Origin: a virus
Taxonomy: Duplodnaviria > Caudoviricetes
Length of the DNA stretch: 63,957 nt
Direction: 5' to 3' (one strand)
Virus record (IMG/VR): IMGVR_UViG_3300028025_006013
Span: 1 to 63,957 of that record
Of the stretch, positions 9,897-19,592 are shown one piece after another. The first letter of the stretch is position 1, and every line of letters begins with the position of its first letter. Both the position numbers and the translations under genes were made by a program. The notes under the pieces were generated by a model. It did no database searches. It saw only the letters and a list, made by a program, of their open reading frames with translations, and was not told where the DNA came from.

Positions 9897-11591
9897 ATGG
9901 GCAATTTCACAACTTCACCAGGAGTAACATTAAACGAGGTAGACAGAACATACCTTTCCGGCCAGCCAATCCAAGTTGGTGCAGCTATAATAGGACCTAC
10001 AGTTAAGGGTCCAGTCGAAATTCCAACTGTGGTTACATCATATTCAGAATACAAAAATATATTCGGAGATGTTTTGACAAGTGGAAGCGATGTATATTCA
10101 TACTTCACATCAATAGCAGCATATAATTATTTCAATTATGGCGGTGAATCATTATTAGTAGCTAGAGTAGCACATGGTTCATTCACATCAGCAACTTCAT
10201 CTATAATTGAAAACGACTCATTAGACGATGTATTTCAGCTTGAAACATTATCGCAAGGTGTAATCATGAATAATAATGTTACAGGTTCTGGAGGTGCATT
10301 AACTAACGGAACAGTAGACAACATCCGATGTGAAATTACTAAAACAAATGATGCAGCTGGTACATTTAACTTAGTAGTGCGTCAAGGTAATGATTTGACA
10401 AGTAAAAAAATAATACTTGAAACATTCAACAACTTAAGTTTAGATCCGAAAGCACCAACATATGTTGCTAGAGTAATCGGTGACCAAACATATAGCTACA
10501 ATTCATCAACTAACCAAATGGAAATTGAAGGTTCGTTCCCGAACCGTTCAAAATACATTCGTGTAGCTCAAGTAAACGTAACTACACCAGATTATTTAGA
10601 CGCAAACGGTCAGCCAAAAGCCATTTACGCAGATACAATACCTGTAGTTCAACAAATCGTTTTCGGTGGTGCAGCAGGAACAATAATGGGTGGTGCAAAT
10701 TTCTACCACAACATCAACTCAACAAATACACAAGGTTTAGTTGCATCTAACTACGACAATATGATTAATTTGTTGTCAAACAAAGACGAATACCGTTTTA
10801 ACTTACTTGTTGCCCCTGGATTAACTAGCGATTTATACACTACTGAAATCAATACAATCATCAGCAATACACAAGAGAGAGGCGACAGTTTATTTATTGT
10901 AGACTTAGCCGCCTATGATGCAACAGGATTTGACGCGGTTGATCAAGCACAATCAATTGACAATTCATACGCTGCAGCATATTGGCCATGGTTAAACATT
11001 GTGGATCCAGCTACAGGAAAATATGTTTGGGTTCCAGCATCAACATTGATACCAGGTGTATACGCATATAACGATAAAGTATCCGCTCCATGGTTTGCTC
11101 CAGCAGGTATAAACAGAGGTGGTTTATCAACTGTACTACGTGCTCAATATAAATTGACACAAAATCAAAAAGACGAGCTATACATAAACAACATCAACCC
11201 AATCAACACATTCCCAAAACAAGGTGTAGTTGTATTCGGTCAGAAAACATTGCAAAAAGGTAATTCTGCACTGGATAGAGTAAACGTAAGACGTTTATTG
11301 ATTGAGTTGAAAGGATATATTGGTCAATTAGCAGACAACATTGTATTTGAACAAAACACAGCACAAACTCGTTTTTCATTTACAAACAAAGTAGAGCCAT
11401 ATTTGCAAAGCATTCAACAACGTCAAGGTTTATATGCATATAAAATAATAATGGACGAAAGCAACAACGGACCTGATGTAATAGACAGAAACCAATTAGT
11501 AGGTCAAATTTACATTCAACCAACTAGAACAGCAGAATTTATTTCATTGGATTTCGTACTTTTACCAACTGGGGTAAATTTCCCGGAGTAA
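9897..11591 (+). CDS. Contractile tail sheath protein 2
   Basis: Same sheath motifs; paralog of 8133..9851. Confidence 0.93.
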   Translation: MGNFTTSPGVTLNEVDRTYLSGQPIQVGAAIIGPTVKGPVEIPTVVTSYSEYKNIFGDVLTSGSDVYSYFTSIAAYNYFNYGGESLLVARVAHGSFTSATSSIIENDSLDDVFQLETLSQGVIMNNNVTGSGGALTNGTVDNIRCEITKTNDAAGTFNLVVRQGNDLTSKKIILETFNNLSLDPKAPTYVARVIGDQTYSYNSSTNQMEIEGSFPNRSKYIRVAQVNVTTPDYLDANGQPKAIYADTIPVVQQIVFGGAAGTIMGGANFYHNINSTNTQGLVASNYDNMINLLSNKDEYRFNLLVAPGLTSDLYTTEINTIISNTQERGDSLFIVDLAAYDATGFDAVDQAQSIDNSYAAAYWPWLNIVDPATGKYVWVPASTLIPGVYAYNDKVSAPWFAPAGINRGGLSTVLRAQYKLTQNQKDELYINNINPINTFPKQGVVVFGQKTLQKGNSALDRVNVRRLLIELKGYIGQLADNIVFEQNTAQTRFSFTNKVEPYLQSIQQRQGLYAYKIIMDESNNGPDVIDRNQLVGQIYIQPTRTAEFISLDFVLLPTGVNFPE

Positions 11592-11635
11592 AATTAAATC
11601 CACACATATTTATAATTAAATAAAATTAGACAAAG

Positions 11636-12124
11636 ATGCCTATAATTGACTCAACACAAATACTTGGAACTCCATTCGAACCAATACAATCCAACCGATT
11701 CTTGTTGAAAGTAGATGGAATACCTTCATACCTAGTAAAAGGAGTATCCGCTATATCGCTTGACCAAACACCAGTAGAATTAAACCACATTAACGTTCAA
11801 CGTTTCGTTAAAGGTAAAACTAAATGGAACACAGTTGATTTGACTTTATTCAGCGCTATCTCACCATCCGGAGCACAAGCAGTAATGGAATGGATCCGTT
11901 TAGGTCACGAATCAGTAACCGGTAGAAATGGTTACTCGGATTTCTACAAAAAGAATTTAACATTGCAAGTACTTGGTCCCGTAGGAGACGTAGCATCGGA
12001 GTGGATACTTTACGGGTGTTTTCCAACCAACGTTAATTTCGGTGATTTTAGCTACGATGACGATGGTACTGCAGTTAATATTAAAATGACAGTCAGACCA
12101 GATTACGCAGTCTTGAACTACTAA
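11636..12124 (+). CDS. Tail tube protein (gp19-like)
   Basis: 162 aa following the sheaths; KGKTKW, QAVMEW, W.LYGCFP motifs. Confidence 0.85.
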   Translation: MPIIDSTQILGTPFEPIQSNRFLLKVDGIPSYLVKGVSAISLDQTPVELNHINVQRFVKGKTKWNTVDLTLFSAISPSGAQAVMEWIRLGHESVTGRNGYSDFYKKNLTLQVLGPVGDVASEWILYGCFPTNVNFGDFSYDDDGTAVNIKMTVRPDYAVLNY

Positions 12125-12151
12125 AATATCCAGTACATATATTTCCATTTT

Positions 12152-12179
12152 ACCCCACACCTCAAATGTGGGGTTTTTT
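12152..12179 (+). terminator. Rho-independent terminator
   Basis: ACCCCACA-CCTCAAA-TGTGGGGT followed by a T-run. Confidence 0.85.
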
Positions 12180-12237
12180 ATTTTCCCTTGCCCACCCCAC
12201 ATCCATTTAATATATTTATACACATATAATACATTAT

Positions 12238-12606
12238 ATGAAATCAGACATAAAACAACTCATACGCGAAGAAATCAAACGCATATTATCCGAGGAATAC
12301 CAAGACAAATACAAAATGTCAGGTGGACTAGTTACCAACCTTGAGGCACGCCCACAAAAAGAAATATTGTCGGATATACGCGCAATCACTGGAGTCACCA
12401 TAGTATCCGAAAAGGAGCTACTCCCATACAACGAACAAGACAAACGTAACTTCAAAGCGGTACTAACCGTAAAAGTAGACGGTTACCCATTCATCAAATC
12501 GGGTGGATTTGACCGCAAAAAAATGGAAGAAATAGCGGCACAAATCCGCAAAGTGGAAGGAGTTGTTGGATTTACCATGAATCCTGAGACTATCGAGACC
12601 ATTTAA
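12238..12606 (+). CDS. Hypothetical late protein
   Basis: N-terminal KQLIREEIKRILSEE leader; late motif at 12212. Confidence 0.6.
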   Translation: MKSDIKQLIREEIKRILSEEYQDKYKMSGGLVTNLEARPQKEILSDIRAITGVTIVSEKELLPYNEQDKRNFKAVLTVKVDGYPFIKSGGFDRKKMEEIAAQIRKVEGVVGFTMNPETIETI

Positions 12607-12653
12607 TATATGTATATAAGAACACACAACAAGTTATAATTAAATTCAAATCT

Positions 12654-13382
12654 ATGAGCGAATTCAAAGCACCAACCGAAACTATCGCGTTGCCATCCAG
12701 AGGTTTACTTTATTCACCAGACAGTCCATTATCAAAAGGCGAAGTGGAAGTAAAGTACATGGGAACAAAAGAAGAAGACATTCTTACCAACCAAGCATTC
12801 ATCAAAAACGGTACCGTTTTAGACAAACTATTGCAATCCGTAATTGTTACCCCAATCAACTACGATGATTTACTAATTGGAGACAAAAACGCAATCATGG
12901 TTGCGGCACGAGTATTGGGTTATGGAGGTGAATATTCATTTGAGTACAATGGTGAAACACACAAAATCGATTTAGCTCAAATAGACAGCAAACCATTGCA
13001 CGCTGAAATTGAAAAAAACAAACAAAACAATTTCACCTTCACCCTACCTCATTCAAAAAACACCGTCACATTCAAATTACTAACCCACAAAGACGAGCAG
13101 ACAATCCAGGGTGAATTGGATGGTTTGAAAAAAATCAACAAAGATGCAGCTCCTGAACTGTCAACCAGATTGAAATACATGATCACTTCGGTGGAAGGTA
13201 AAACGGATACTGCGTCAATCAGGGACTTCGTCGACAACTATTTGATCGCGCGAGATTCACGCGCGTTACGCGAATATATCAGAGAAGTACAACCAGATGT
13301 TGACTTAACTTTCTTCCCATCTAGTGGTAGTGACCGTATCAACATCCCAATTGGCATAAGTTTCTTTTGGCCAGACATTTAA
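12654..13382 (+). CDS. Baseplate hub assembly protein (gp26-like)
   Basis: LPSRG..Y, MGTKEEDIL and DLLIGD motifs; context. Confidence 0.75.
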   Translation: MSEFKAPTETIALPSRGLLYSPDSPLSKGEVEVKYMGTKEEDILTNQAFIKNGTVLDKLLQSVIVTPINYDDLLIGDKNAIMVAARVLGYGGEYSFEYNGETHKIDLAQIDSKPLHAEIEKNKQNNFTFTLPHSKNTVTFKLLTHKDEQTIQGELDGLKKINKDAAPELSTRLKYMITSVEGKTDTASIRDFVDNYLIARDSRALREYIREVQPDVDLTFFPSSGSDRINIPIGISFFWPDI

Positions 13383-13487
13383 TATGAACTAAAACATGGC
13401 TTCCCAAACATAGGAAGCCATTGTTTTCTGCAACATTTATTCACATTGAATAATTGAACGCAATACGCATTAAAAACAGTACATATC

Positions 13488-13826
13488 ATGGATGTCAGTG
13501 ACAAAGTTAGAAACCAATTAGCATTCTTCGGAATCACCCCCGAGAGCGCACCACAAATTAGAGAGGGCATATACACTCAAATACATGAGATTGTATTTCA
13601 TGGTAATGGTGGATACGATTGGAATACGGTATACAACATGCCAATTTATCTCCGCCGCTTTACATTCAACAAAATACAGGAATACTTCAACAAACAAAAC
13701 GAGCCAGCAAATCAACCATCAAACGGTACATCCACTACATTGATGGATCCCAGCGGTAACATTAACAAATCAGAGGCCGCCAAACTCAAACAAACACAAC
13801 CCACACCTAAAGTAAGCTACCAATAA
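13488..13826 (+). CDS. Baseplate/tail assembly protein
   Basis: YDWNTVYNMPIYLRRF motif, immediately before the tape measure gene. Confidence 0.6.
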   Translation: MDVSDKVRNQLAFFGITPESAPQIREGIYTQIHEIVFHGNGGYDWNTVYNMPIYLRRFTFNKIQEYFNKQNEPANQPSNGTSTTLMDPSGNINKSEAAKLKQTQPTPKVSYQ

Positions 13827-13868
13827 AGTTATATTTACCCAATATTTATAACGAAAAATATCCCATAG

Positions 13869-16289
13869 ATGGCCAACAATAATCAAAACTTAAAAGATAC
13901 CAATGATTTATTGCGTGAACAACTTGAGCTACTTAGACAAGTAAACGAACTTCAGCAAAGTTCATTCGATGTATCTTCAGCAGCTGTTGATTCCATTAAA
14001 GAGGCACTGGGTATTAATTCACGTAGATCTACATTTGATGATAATACATTAAAAGTCAACAAAGCCATTGCTCAATCCATCCTAGACCAAAAAACAGGAT
14101 TGCGCGATTTAGAATCCATCGGTAAACAAATAAGCAAAAACCAGGATTTAATCAACAAGGCGAAAATAATCGAGCAAGGTTTAAACACCAGATTAGCGGG
14201 GCAGAATTTAACCAAAGTAAAAGAATTTACCGAGCTGTATCAATCACAGCAAGAGTTAGTAGATAAACTTGAAAAATCAAATGATTTATCTGCGGATCAA
14301 ATACAAAAAACTATCAAGGAAATATCCTTAAATGATGTTAAACTTGACCAATTAACCCAGCAATTAAGCGCCCAACAACTCCAACTTGCATATACCCAAA
14401 TCAATACAAAGGAGCTGGAAAAACAGCAAGGACTCAGAGAAAACGAGGGAAACATCCAGGCACAGCTTGAAACACAGTTAGGGTTAGTTGGTAAAATTGC
14501 AAAAACACTTGGACATTTCAGGGGTATAGCCGATGATGTGCATAAAGCACTAGCAGATACTACCGCAGAGATGCAACGATTAGCTACCGAAAATAAGAAA
14601 GTACTCAACAGGTGGCAATCATTTGGTATGTTAATAGGTAAATTGGGTAGTAACTTAATGGCCCATTTATCCGATCCATTAACCACTATCACCACTATGG
14701 TGAAAGTGTTCAAAATGATGGTGGAGGCTGGTTTTGCTGCTGATACGCAAGTTACTAACTTATCCAAATCGCTAGCAACATCGAAAGATGAAGCAGATGC
14801 ACTACGTGACAGATATGTAGCTATTCAAAACTCTGGAGAGAGTATATTTGAAACCACCAAAAACTTAGTTGAAGCACAACTTCAATTAGCAGATGCATTT
14901 GGAACATCTCGTGGTTTCACCGAGCAACAAGTTCGCGACCAAGTAAAATTAACCAAACAAATCGGGCTGGAAGAAGAGGCAACCGCTGGTTTGCAACAAT
15001 TGATGTTGAAAAATGGGCAAACTGCTGACCAAGCAACCATGTCTATTATTAAACAAACAGCATCCCTCTCCAAACAAACTGGAATCCAGTTAAACAACAA
15101 AAAGATACTTTCGGATGTAGCTAAAGTAAATGGACAGTTACGTTTGCAATACGGCAACAATACTGACCAGTTAGCTAAAGCAGTAATCCAATCAAATAAA
15201 CTTGGGTTTAGCCTTGAACAATCCAAGAAGATAGCTGAATCGCTACTCAACTTTGAGTCATCAATCGAAGCTGAATTGTCAGCTGAGCTATTAACTGGAC
15301 GCGATCTCAACTTAGAACGAGCGCGTTTACTTGCGTTAAATGGTAAATCCGCGGAAGCGGTTAAAGAAATGGCCTCTGCAATGGGTAGCGCGGCGGATTT
15401 CACCAACATGAACGTACTCCAACAAGAAGCTTTAGCGAAAGCAGTTGGAATGAGCGCGGATGAATTAGCCAACACATTAGTATTCCAGGAAAACTTAAAC
15501 AAACTTGGTGATAATGCCCGTAAACAATTAGAGGATCAAGTAAATGCTAAAATGAAAGCTGGGCAAATCGACGAAGCAAATCGTTTGATGGCGGCCGCTG
15601 GTAATGAGAAAGAGGCACTGGAAGCACTGAAAAGAGTAGATGCACAGACACAATTCAACACTGCAGTAGAGCGACTTCAAGGTATAGTTGGTAGCTTTTT
15701 AGAAGGACCTGGAAAAGGATTTGTAAACTTATTAGCGTCTGCTGTCAGCCATGCCGAAGCATTGAAAAACATATTCATTGGTGTTGTTAGCTTGATGGCT
15801 GGTATGAAGGCCTATAAAGCTGTTGATTCATTAATGAATGCAAAAATCATTCGAGATGAATCTACAATACTTGGACTTAAAGTAGGTCAAGCAACCGCAT
15901 CTGCTATTATAAATCCATGGGCCGCCATAGCCGGAATAGCAGCTGCTGCTACTGTAGGTGGACTTATATATAGTTCCATGAAAGGAAACGACGTAGTATC
16001 TGCCGGAGAAGGCACTGGCTACGGTAAACGTACCCTACTAATGGATAAAAACGCAATCCAGCTCAACAACCAAGACACCGTAATAGCAGGCACCAATTTA
16101 TTTGGTGGTAAACAAAACCAATCCACAACCGTGGATAATTCATCGTTAATTGCCGAAATCAAAGCACTCCGCAATGAAATAAACAGCAGACCAGTTGTAG
16201 TACATAGCAAGGTCCAGTTACCAAACGGTGAAGTACTCGCTAGAGCAACCAATGAAGAAAATCGTAAAGGATGGCGTGAAATCCAATAA
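13869..16289 (+). CDS. Tape measure protein
   Basis: 806 aa, helical, Ala/Leu/Gln-rich with hydrophobic segments; tail module position. Confidence 0.75.
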   Translation: MANNNQNLKDTNDLLREQLELLRQVNELQQSSFDVSSAAVDSIKEALGINSRRSTFDDNTLKVNKAIAQSILDQKTGLRDLESIGKQISKNQDLINKAKIIEQGLNTRLAGQNLTKVKEFTELYQSQQELVDKLEKSNDLSADQIQKTIKEISLNDVKLDQLTQQLSAQQLQLAYTQINTKELEKQQGLRENEGNIQAQLETQLGLVGKIAKTLGHFRGIADDVHKALADTTAEMQRLATENKKVLNRWQSFGMLIGKLGSNLMAHLSDPLTTITTMVKVFKMMVEAGFAADTQVTNLSKSLATSKDEADALRDRYVAIQNSGESIFETTKNLVEAQLQLADAFGTSRGFTEQQVRDQVKLTKQIGLEEEATAGLQQLMLKNGQTADQATMSIIKQTASLSKQTGIQLNNKKILSDVAKVNGQLRLQYGNNTDQLAKAVIQSNKLGFSLEQSKKIAESLLNFESSIEAELSAELLTGRDLNLERARLLALNGKSAEAVKEMASAMGSAADFTNMNVLQQEALAKAVGMSADELANTLVFQENLNKLGDNARKQLEDQVNAKMKAGQIDEANRLMAAAGNEKEALEALKRVDAQTQFNTAVERLQGIVGSFLEGPGKGFVNLLASAVSHAEALKNIFIGVVSLMAGMKAYKAVDSLMNAKIIRDESTILGLKVGQATASAIINPWAAIAGIAAAATVGGLIYSSMKGNDVVSAGEGTGYGKRTLLMDKNAIQLNNQDTVIAGTNLFGGKQNQSTTVDNSSLIAEIKALRNEINSRPVVVHSKVQLPNGEVLARATNEENRKGWREIQ

Positions 16290-16321
16290 TTAAACATATT
16301 TATAATTAAACTTGGTGTATT

Positions 16322-16714
16322 ATGGGAATATTCGATAGATTAACAACTCCAGCTATAAACGAATTTAAAACATTCAGTCCAAACGGTTCAATATATGCAC
16401 CCAATTATGTTGTTAATAATTCTTTACCTTCATCATCATTAGCATCTCTACAATCCAATCTACATGCAATTGATGGTGATGGGGTTGCTGAACCTGGATA
16501 TTCAACTGGTGAAAACGGTGATGTAAATAGGGAGGTCTTTAAGCAAGCACAGCAATACGATGACGGACATTCAGATACATTACCCAATAAAAGTCAATTG
16601 TATTTACATAAACCAAGACCAACCCGATACACATCCCCAACCAAAGATTGGGTATATGTAAACTACAATAGTGAAAACACATATTTGAATTCATTTAAAC
16701 CTGGAAGTAAATAA
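16322..16714 (+). CDS. Hypothetical late protein
   Basis: Paralog of 16744..17139 (MGI.D, S.LHA, YDDG, LP); own late motif. Confidence 0.6.
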   Translation: MGIFDRLTTPAINEFKTFSPNGSIYAPNYVVNNSLPSSSLASLQSNLHAIDGDGVAEPGYSTGENGDVNREVFKQAQQYDDGHSDTLPNKSQLYLHKPRPTRYTSPTKDWVYVNYNSENTYLNSFKPGSK

Positions 16715-16743
16715 ACATATTTATAATTAAAAATTAACATATC

Positions 16744-17139
16744 ATGGGAATACTAGACAAATTTAAAACACCAAAAAGTACCGAATTGAAAAACGGATCG
16801 GAATTTGCACCAAAATACAATGCAAATGACGGGGCTGTACCTAAAACACTATTAGCTAGTGATAATTCACCACTACACGCTGACAAAGATGGAAAAGAGG
16901 GATTTTCATTAAACGGTAAAGACTTAAATGGAGTTACCAAATTATACAATGCATATGACGATGGGGCAGTTAATGCATTACCAACACCAACTGAACTTGA
17001 AGACTCAAACAGATATTCCAGTGAATTCACCCAAAAATACGATTCAAAAACAAAATACTCAAACCCAGAATCCACATCTACTGAGACAAATGGTAATCCA
17101 CTTTCAGGTGGTGGATTTGGCCCTGCCGTAGGTTCATAA
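16744..17139 (+). CDS. Hypothetical late protein
   Basis: Paralog of 16322..16714; own late motif. Confidence 0.6.
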   Translation: MGILDKFKTPKSTELKNGSEFAPKYNANDGAVPKTLLASDNSPLHADKDGKEGFSLNGKDLNGVTKLYNAYDDGAVNALPTPTELEDSNRYSSEFTQKYDSKTKYSNPESTSTETNGNPLSGGGFGPAVGS

Positions 17140-17170
17140 TACATTACAATACTAACAGTACACACATCAC

Positions 17171-19195
17171 ATGGGTTTATTCACTACATATAAGGGACTT
17201 GAAGATGAACAGAATGTAAAATACAAAAACATTCCATTCAACGAGGACAACTCGTTCAACTCCCAACCATTTATCCAAACGGCACCCCCGGGTGATGGTG
17301 GTGGATTTAAAGTAGCATCCAATGTGAAAGGGTTTATCCCTAAACTTACTAGTGGATTAACCGCGGGTGCACTTAATTTAACGGATGGACTTAGTAAAAC
17401 GGCTCCATCAATTGGATCTATAGCTAGAGGAGCATATCGTAGTGCAGCAGATGTAGTTAGGTTAACGAAATTCATGACCACACCAATTGGACTTGAATTT
17501 ATAGCTAAACAAGAACTACTGTCACGAATGGCAGTTCAAACTGAAACCAGTAATATATCAAATGGTAGTGTGTATAGTCCATTAACTACATTAGCTCAAG
17601 CTGGTGTTAGTTTTGCTGGAATCCATTTACCACCATATGAACCCCTTATAGGATATGGTGAAGTAGCATATTCTGCAGGACAGATTAACCCCAATTTATA
17701 CAGTAACAACAGGTTAGTTGGATTACATGATATCCATATTCTTAACCAATCCCCAGTTCCCAATATATTGCGTAGATATGATGGTGGGCCTGGTTCTATA
17801 TTCGGTGTAGGAGCTACCGACATTAAATTCGCCACTAACCCAGCAGGAGTTACTCCTGTTCGCACTATGGGGGCTAATTTTATATTCCTTGAAGGTACAC
17901 CAAAAAATCCACGACTATACCAAGCACAATATGATTCATCTCTTGTGCCAGAATATGAAGAGGGAAAAAATACTTTAGCGGAATACTACAATATGGGTAG
18001 ACCAGGTAGAGTATCGTATGGACCTGATGGTAACCGTACACCTAAATCAAAATCATTTCCATTAGATCGAGTAAATGCTCGTTTCATATACTCATCAGAT
18101 AGTGAACCTTTAAACGAACCGGAACAATACAAGGATTTAGTTACATTCAAAATAGGTATATTGGATGTAGGGAGTAAAAAAACCAACTACATGCAATTCC
18201 GATCCATCATAGATTCATTCTCGGACTCGTATAGTTCAGATTGGTCTTCACAAACATACATGGGTCGAGGTGAAAAGCTATACAAATACAATTCATTTGA
18301 CCGCTCCATTAACATGTCATTTACTGTGGTTGCACAATCCCAAGCTGAAATATTTGGTATGTACCAAAAACTAAACTATCTAGCCTCCACTGTTACCCCT
18401 CAATATACCGATTATGGCTATATGACAGGCAATATAGCTAAATTAACTGTTGGTAATTATGCCAAAGACCAACACGGTAAAATAGACAGTATATCGTTTG
18501 AAATCCCAGAAGAATCGCCATGGGTAACTGATGGGATTGACTTCCTTCAAACCCGAATGAATGAAATGCCATTCATTATTAAAGTACAAATGAGGTACAC
18601 AGTTATACATGATTTCAGACCTGAATTAGTAACTAATATATTAGATACAACCAAAAGTGGTGACATTATACCTAAGTTTGGTGACCAACGTTATATAACT
18701 AGTAAAATAGATAAAGATAATCCTGACTACCAGATTAATTTAACCAAAGAATTAGATGAAATAACAGCTACAGCACAATCTGTTAATAGAGGTAATGTGA
18801 TACCATCATTATATTATTCAAAACCAAAAGAAACCCCACCACCCGTATCCCCATCAATCCCACGAGATACCCAAGGTAATGTATTATTTTTTAACCCCAA
18901 TCAAACTGTAACCACTAACAAATACCAGCCCTCATCTACATCAATCCCACGAGATACTCAAGGTAACGTGTTATTTTTCAATCCCAATCAAACTGTAACC
19001 ACAAATAAATACCAACCAACACCTACATCCCCCGTAATTAACCAATCAATGTTATCCGTCAATAATTATTCCTCCTCATCTACCCCTTCTGCAAACAATC
19101 CATCTTCCTCCCCATATAAACCAATCAAAAAACAAAACATATTTCAAAAATTGAAAGGTTTATTTAAAAAAACAACAGTTGCTGTTAGTAAATAG
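17171..19195 (+). CDS. Baseplate/tail-tube initiator-like protein
   Basis: DSYSSDW..Y.GRGE..Y.Y..F.R motif; Pro/Ser-rich C-terminus. Confidence 0.55.
   Translation: MGLFTTYKGLEDEQNVKYKNIPFNEDNSFNSQPFIQTAPPGDGGGFKVASNVKGFIPKLTSGLTAGALNLTDGLSKTAPSIGSIARGAYRSAADVVRLTKFMTTPIGLEFIAKQELLSRMAVQTETSNISNGSVYSPLTTLAQAGVSFAGIHLPPYEPLIGYGEVAYSAGQINPNLYSNNRLVGLHDIHILNQSPVPNILRRYDGGPGSIFGVGATDIKFATNPAGVTPVRTMGANFIFLEGTPKNPRLYQAQYDSSLVPEYEEGKNTLAEYYNMGRPGRVSYGPDGNRTPKSKSFPLDRVNARFIYSSDSEPLNEPEQYKDLVTFKIGILDVGSKKTNYMQFRSIIDSFSDSYSSDWSSQTYMGRGEKLYKYNSFDRSINMSFTVVAQSQAEIFGMYQKLNYLASTVTPQYTDYGYMTGNIAKLTVGNYAKDQHGKIDSISFEIPEESPWVTDGIDFLQTRMNEMPFIIKVQMRYTVIHDFRPELVTNILDTTKSGDIIPKFGDQRYITSKIDKDNPDYQINLTKELDEITATAQSVNRGNVIPSLYYSKPKETPPPVSPSIPRDTQGNVLFFNPNQTVTTNKYQPSSTSIPRDTQGNVLFFNPNQTVTTNKYQPTPTSPVINQSMLSVNNYSSSSTPSANNPSSSPYKPIKKQNIFQKLKGLFKKTTVAVSK
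18853..19018 (+). repeat. 87-bp-period tandem duplication (SIPRDTQGNVLFFNPNQTVTTNKYQP x2)
   Basis: Direct repeat visible in both DNA and protein. Confidence 0.9.
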
Positions 19196-19273
19196 TCCCC
19201 AACACCCCCACAAAAAAAGCTTGGCCTAGCCAGGCTTTCATTGTATATTAATATTTATAATTAAAATATACAT

Positions 19274-19588
19274 ATGTCCCGTTATACATCAACACCCATA
19301 ATCACAACCCCGGATCAACCACAACGTAGATACATCAACGTTAAATATCCTGAAATAACCCGTGATTTTGCAGACATATACGTGTATGCATCTTTAGGTG
19401 ACCGCTATGATTTAATAGCCAATTCATATTACAATGATACTGAATTGTGGTGGGTAATTCTTAGAGCCAATCCAACACAACCAACCGACTCACTTTACCC
19501 AAACCCAGGCGATCAAATACGCATCCCTGCACCGTTTCGTATACCTACCATATTAGCGCAATATGATAGTTTAAACCAAAATATATAG
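19274..19588 (+). CDS. LysM-like baseplate wedge protein
   Basis: GDRYDLIANSYYNDTELWWVILRAN...G.QIRIP motif. Confidence 0.75.
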   Translation: MSRYTSTPIITTPDQPQRRYINVKYPEITRDFADIYVYASLGDRYDLIANSYYNDTELWWVILRANPTQPTDSLYPNPGDQIRIPAPFRIPTILAQYDSLNQNI

Positions 19589-19592
19589 TTTT

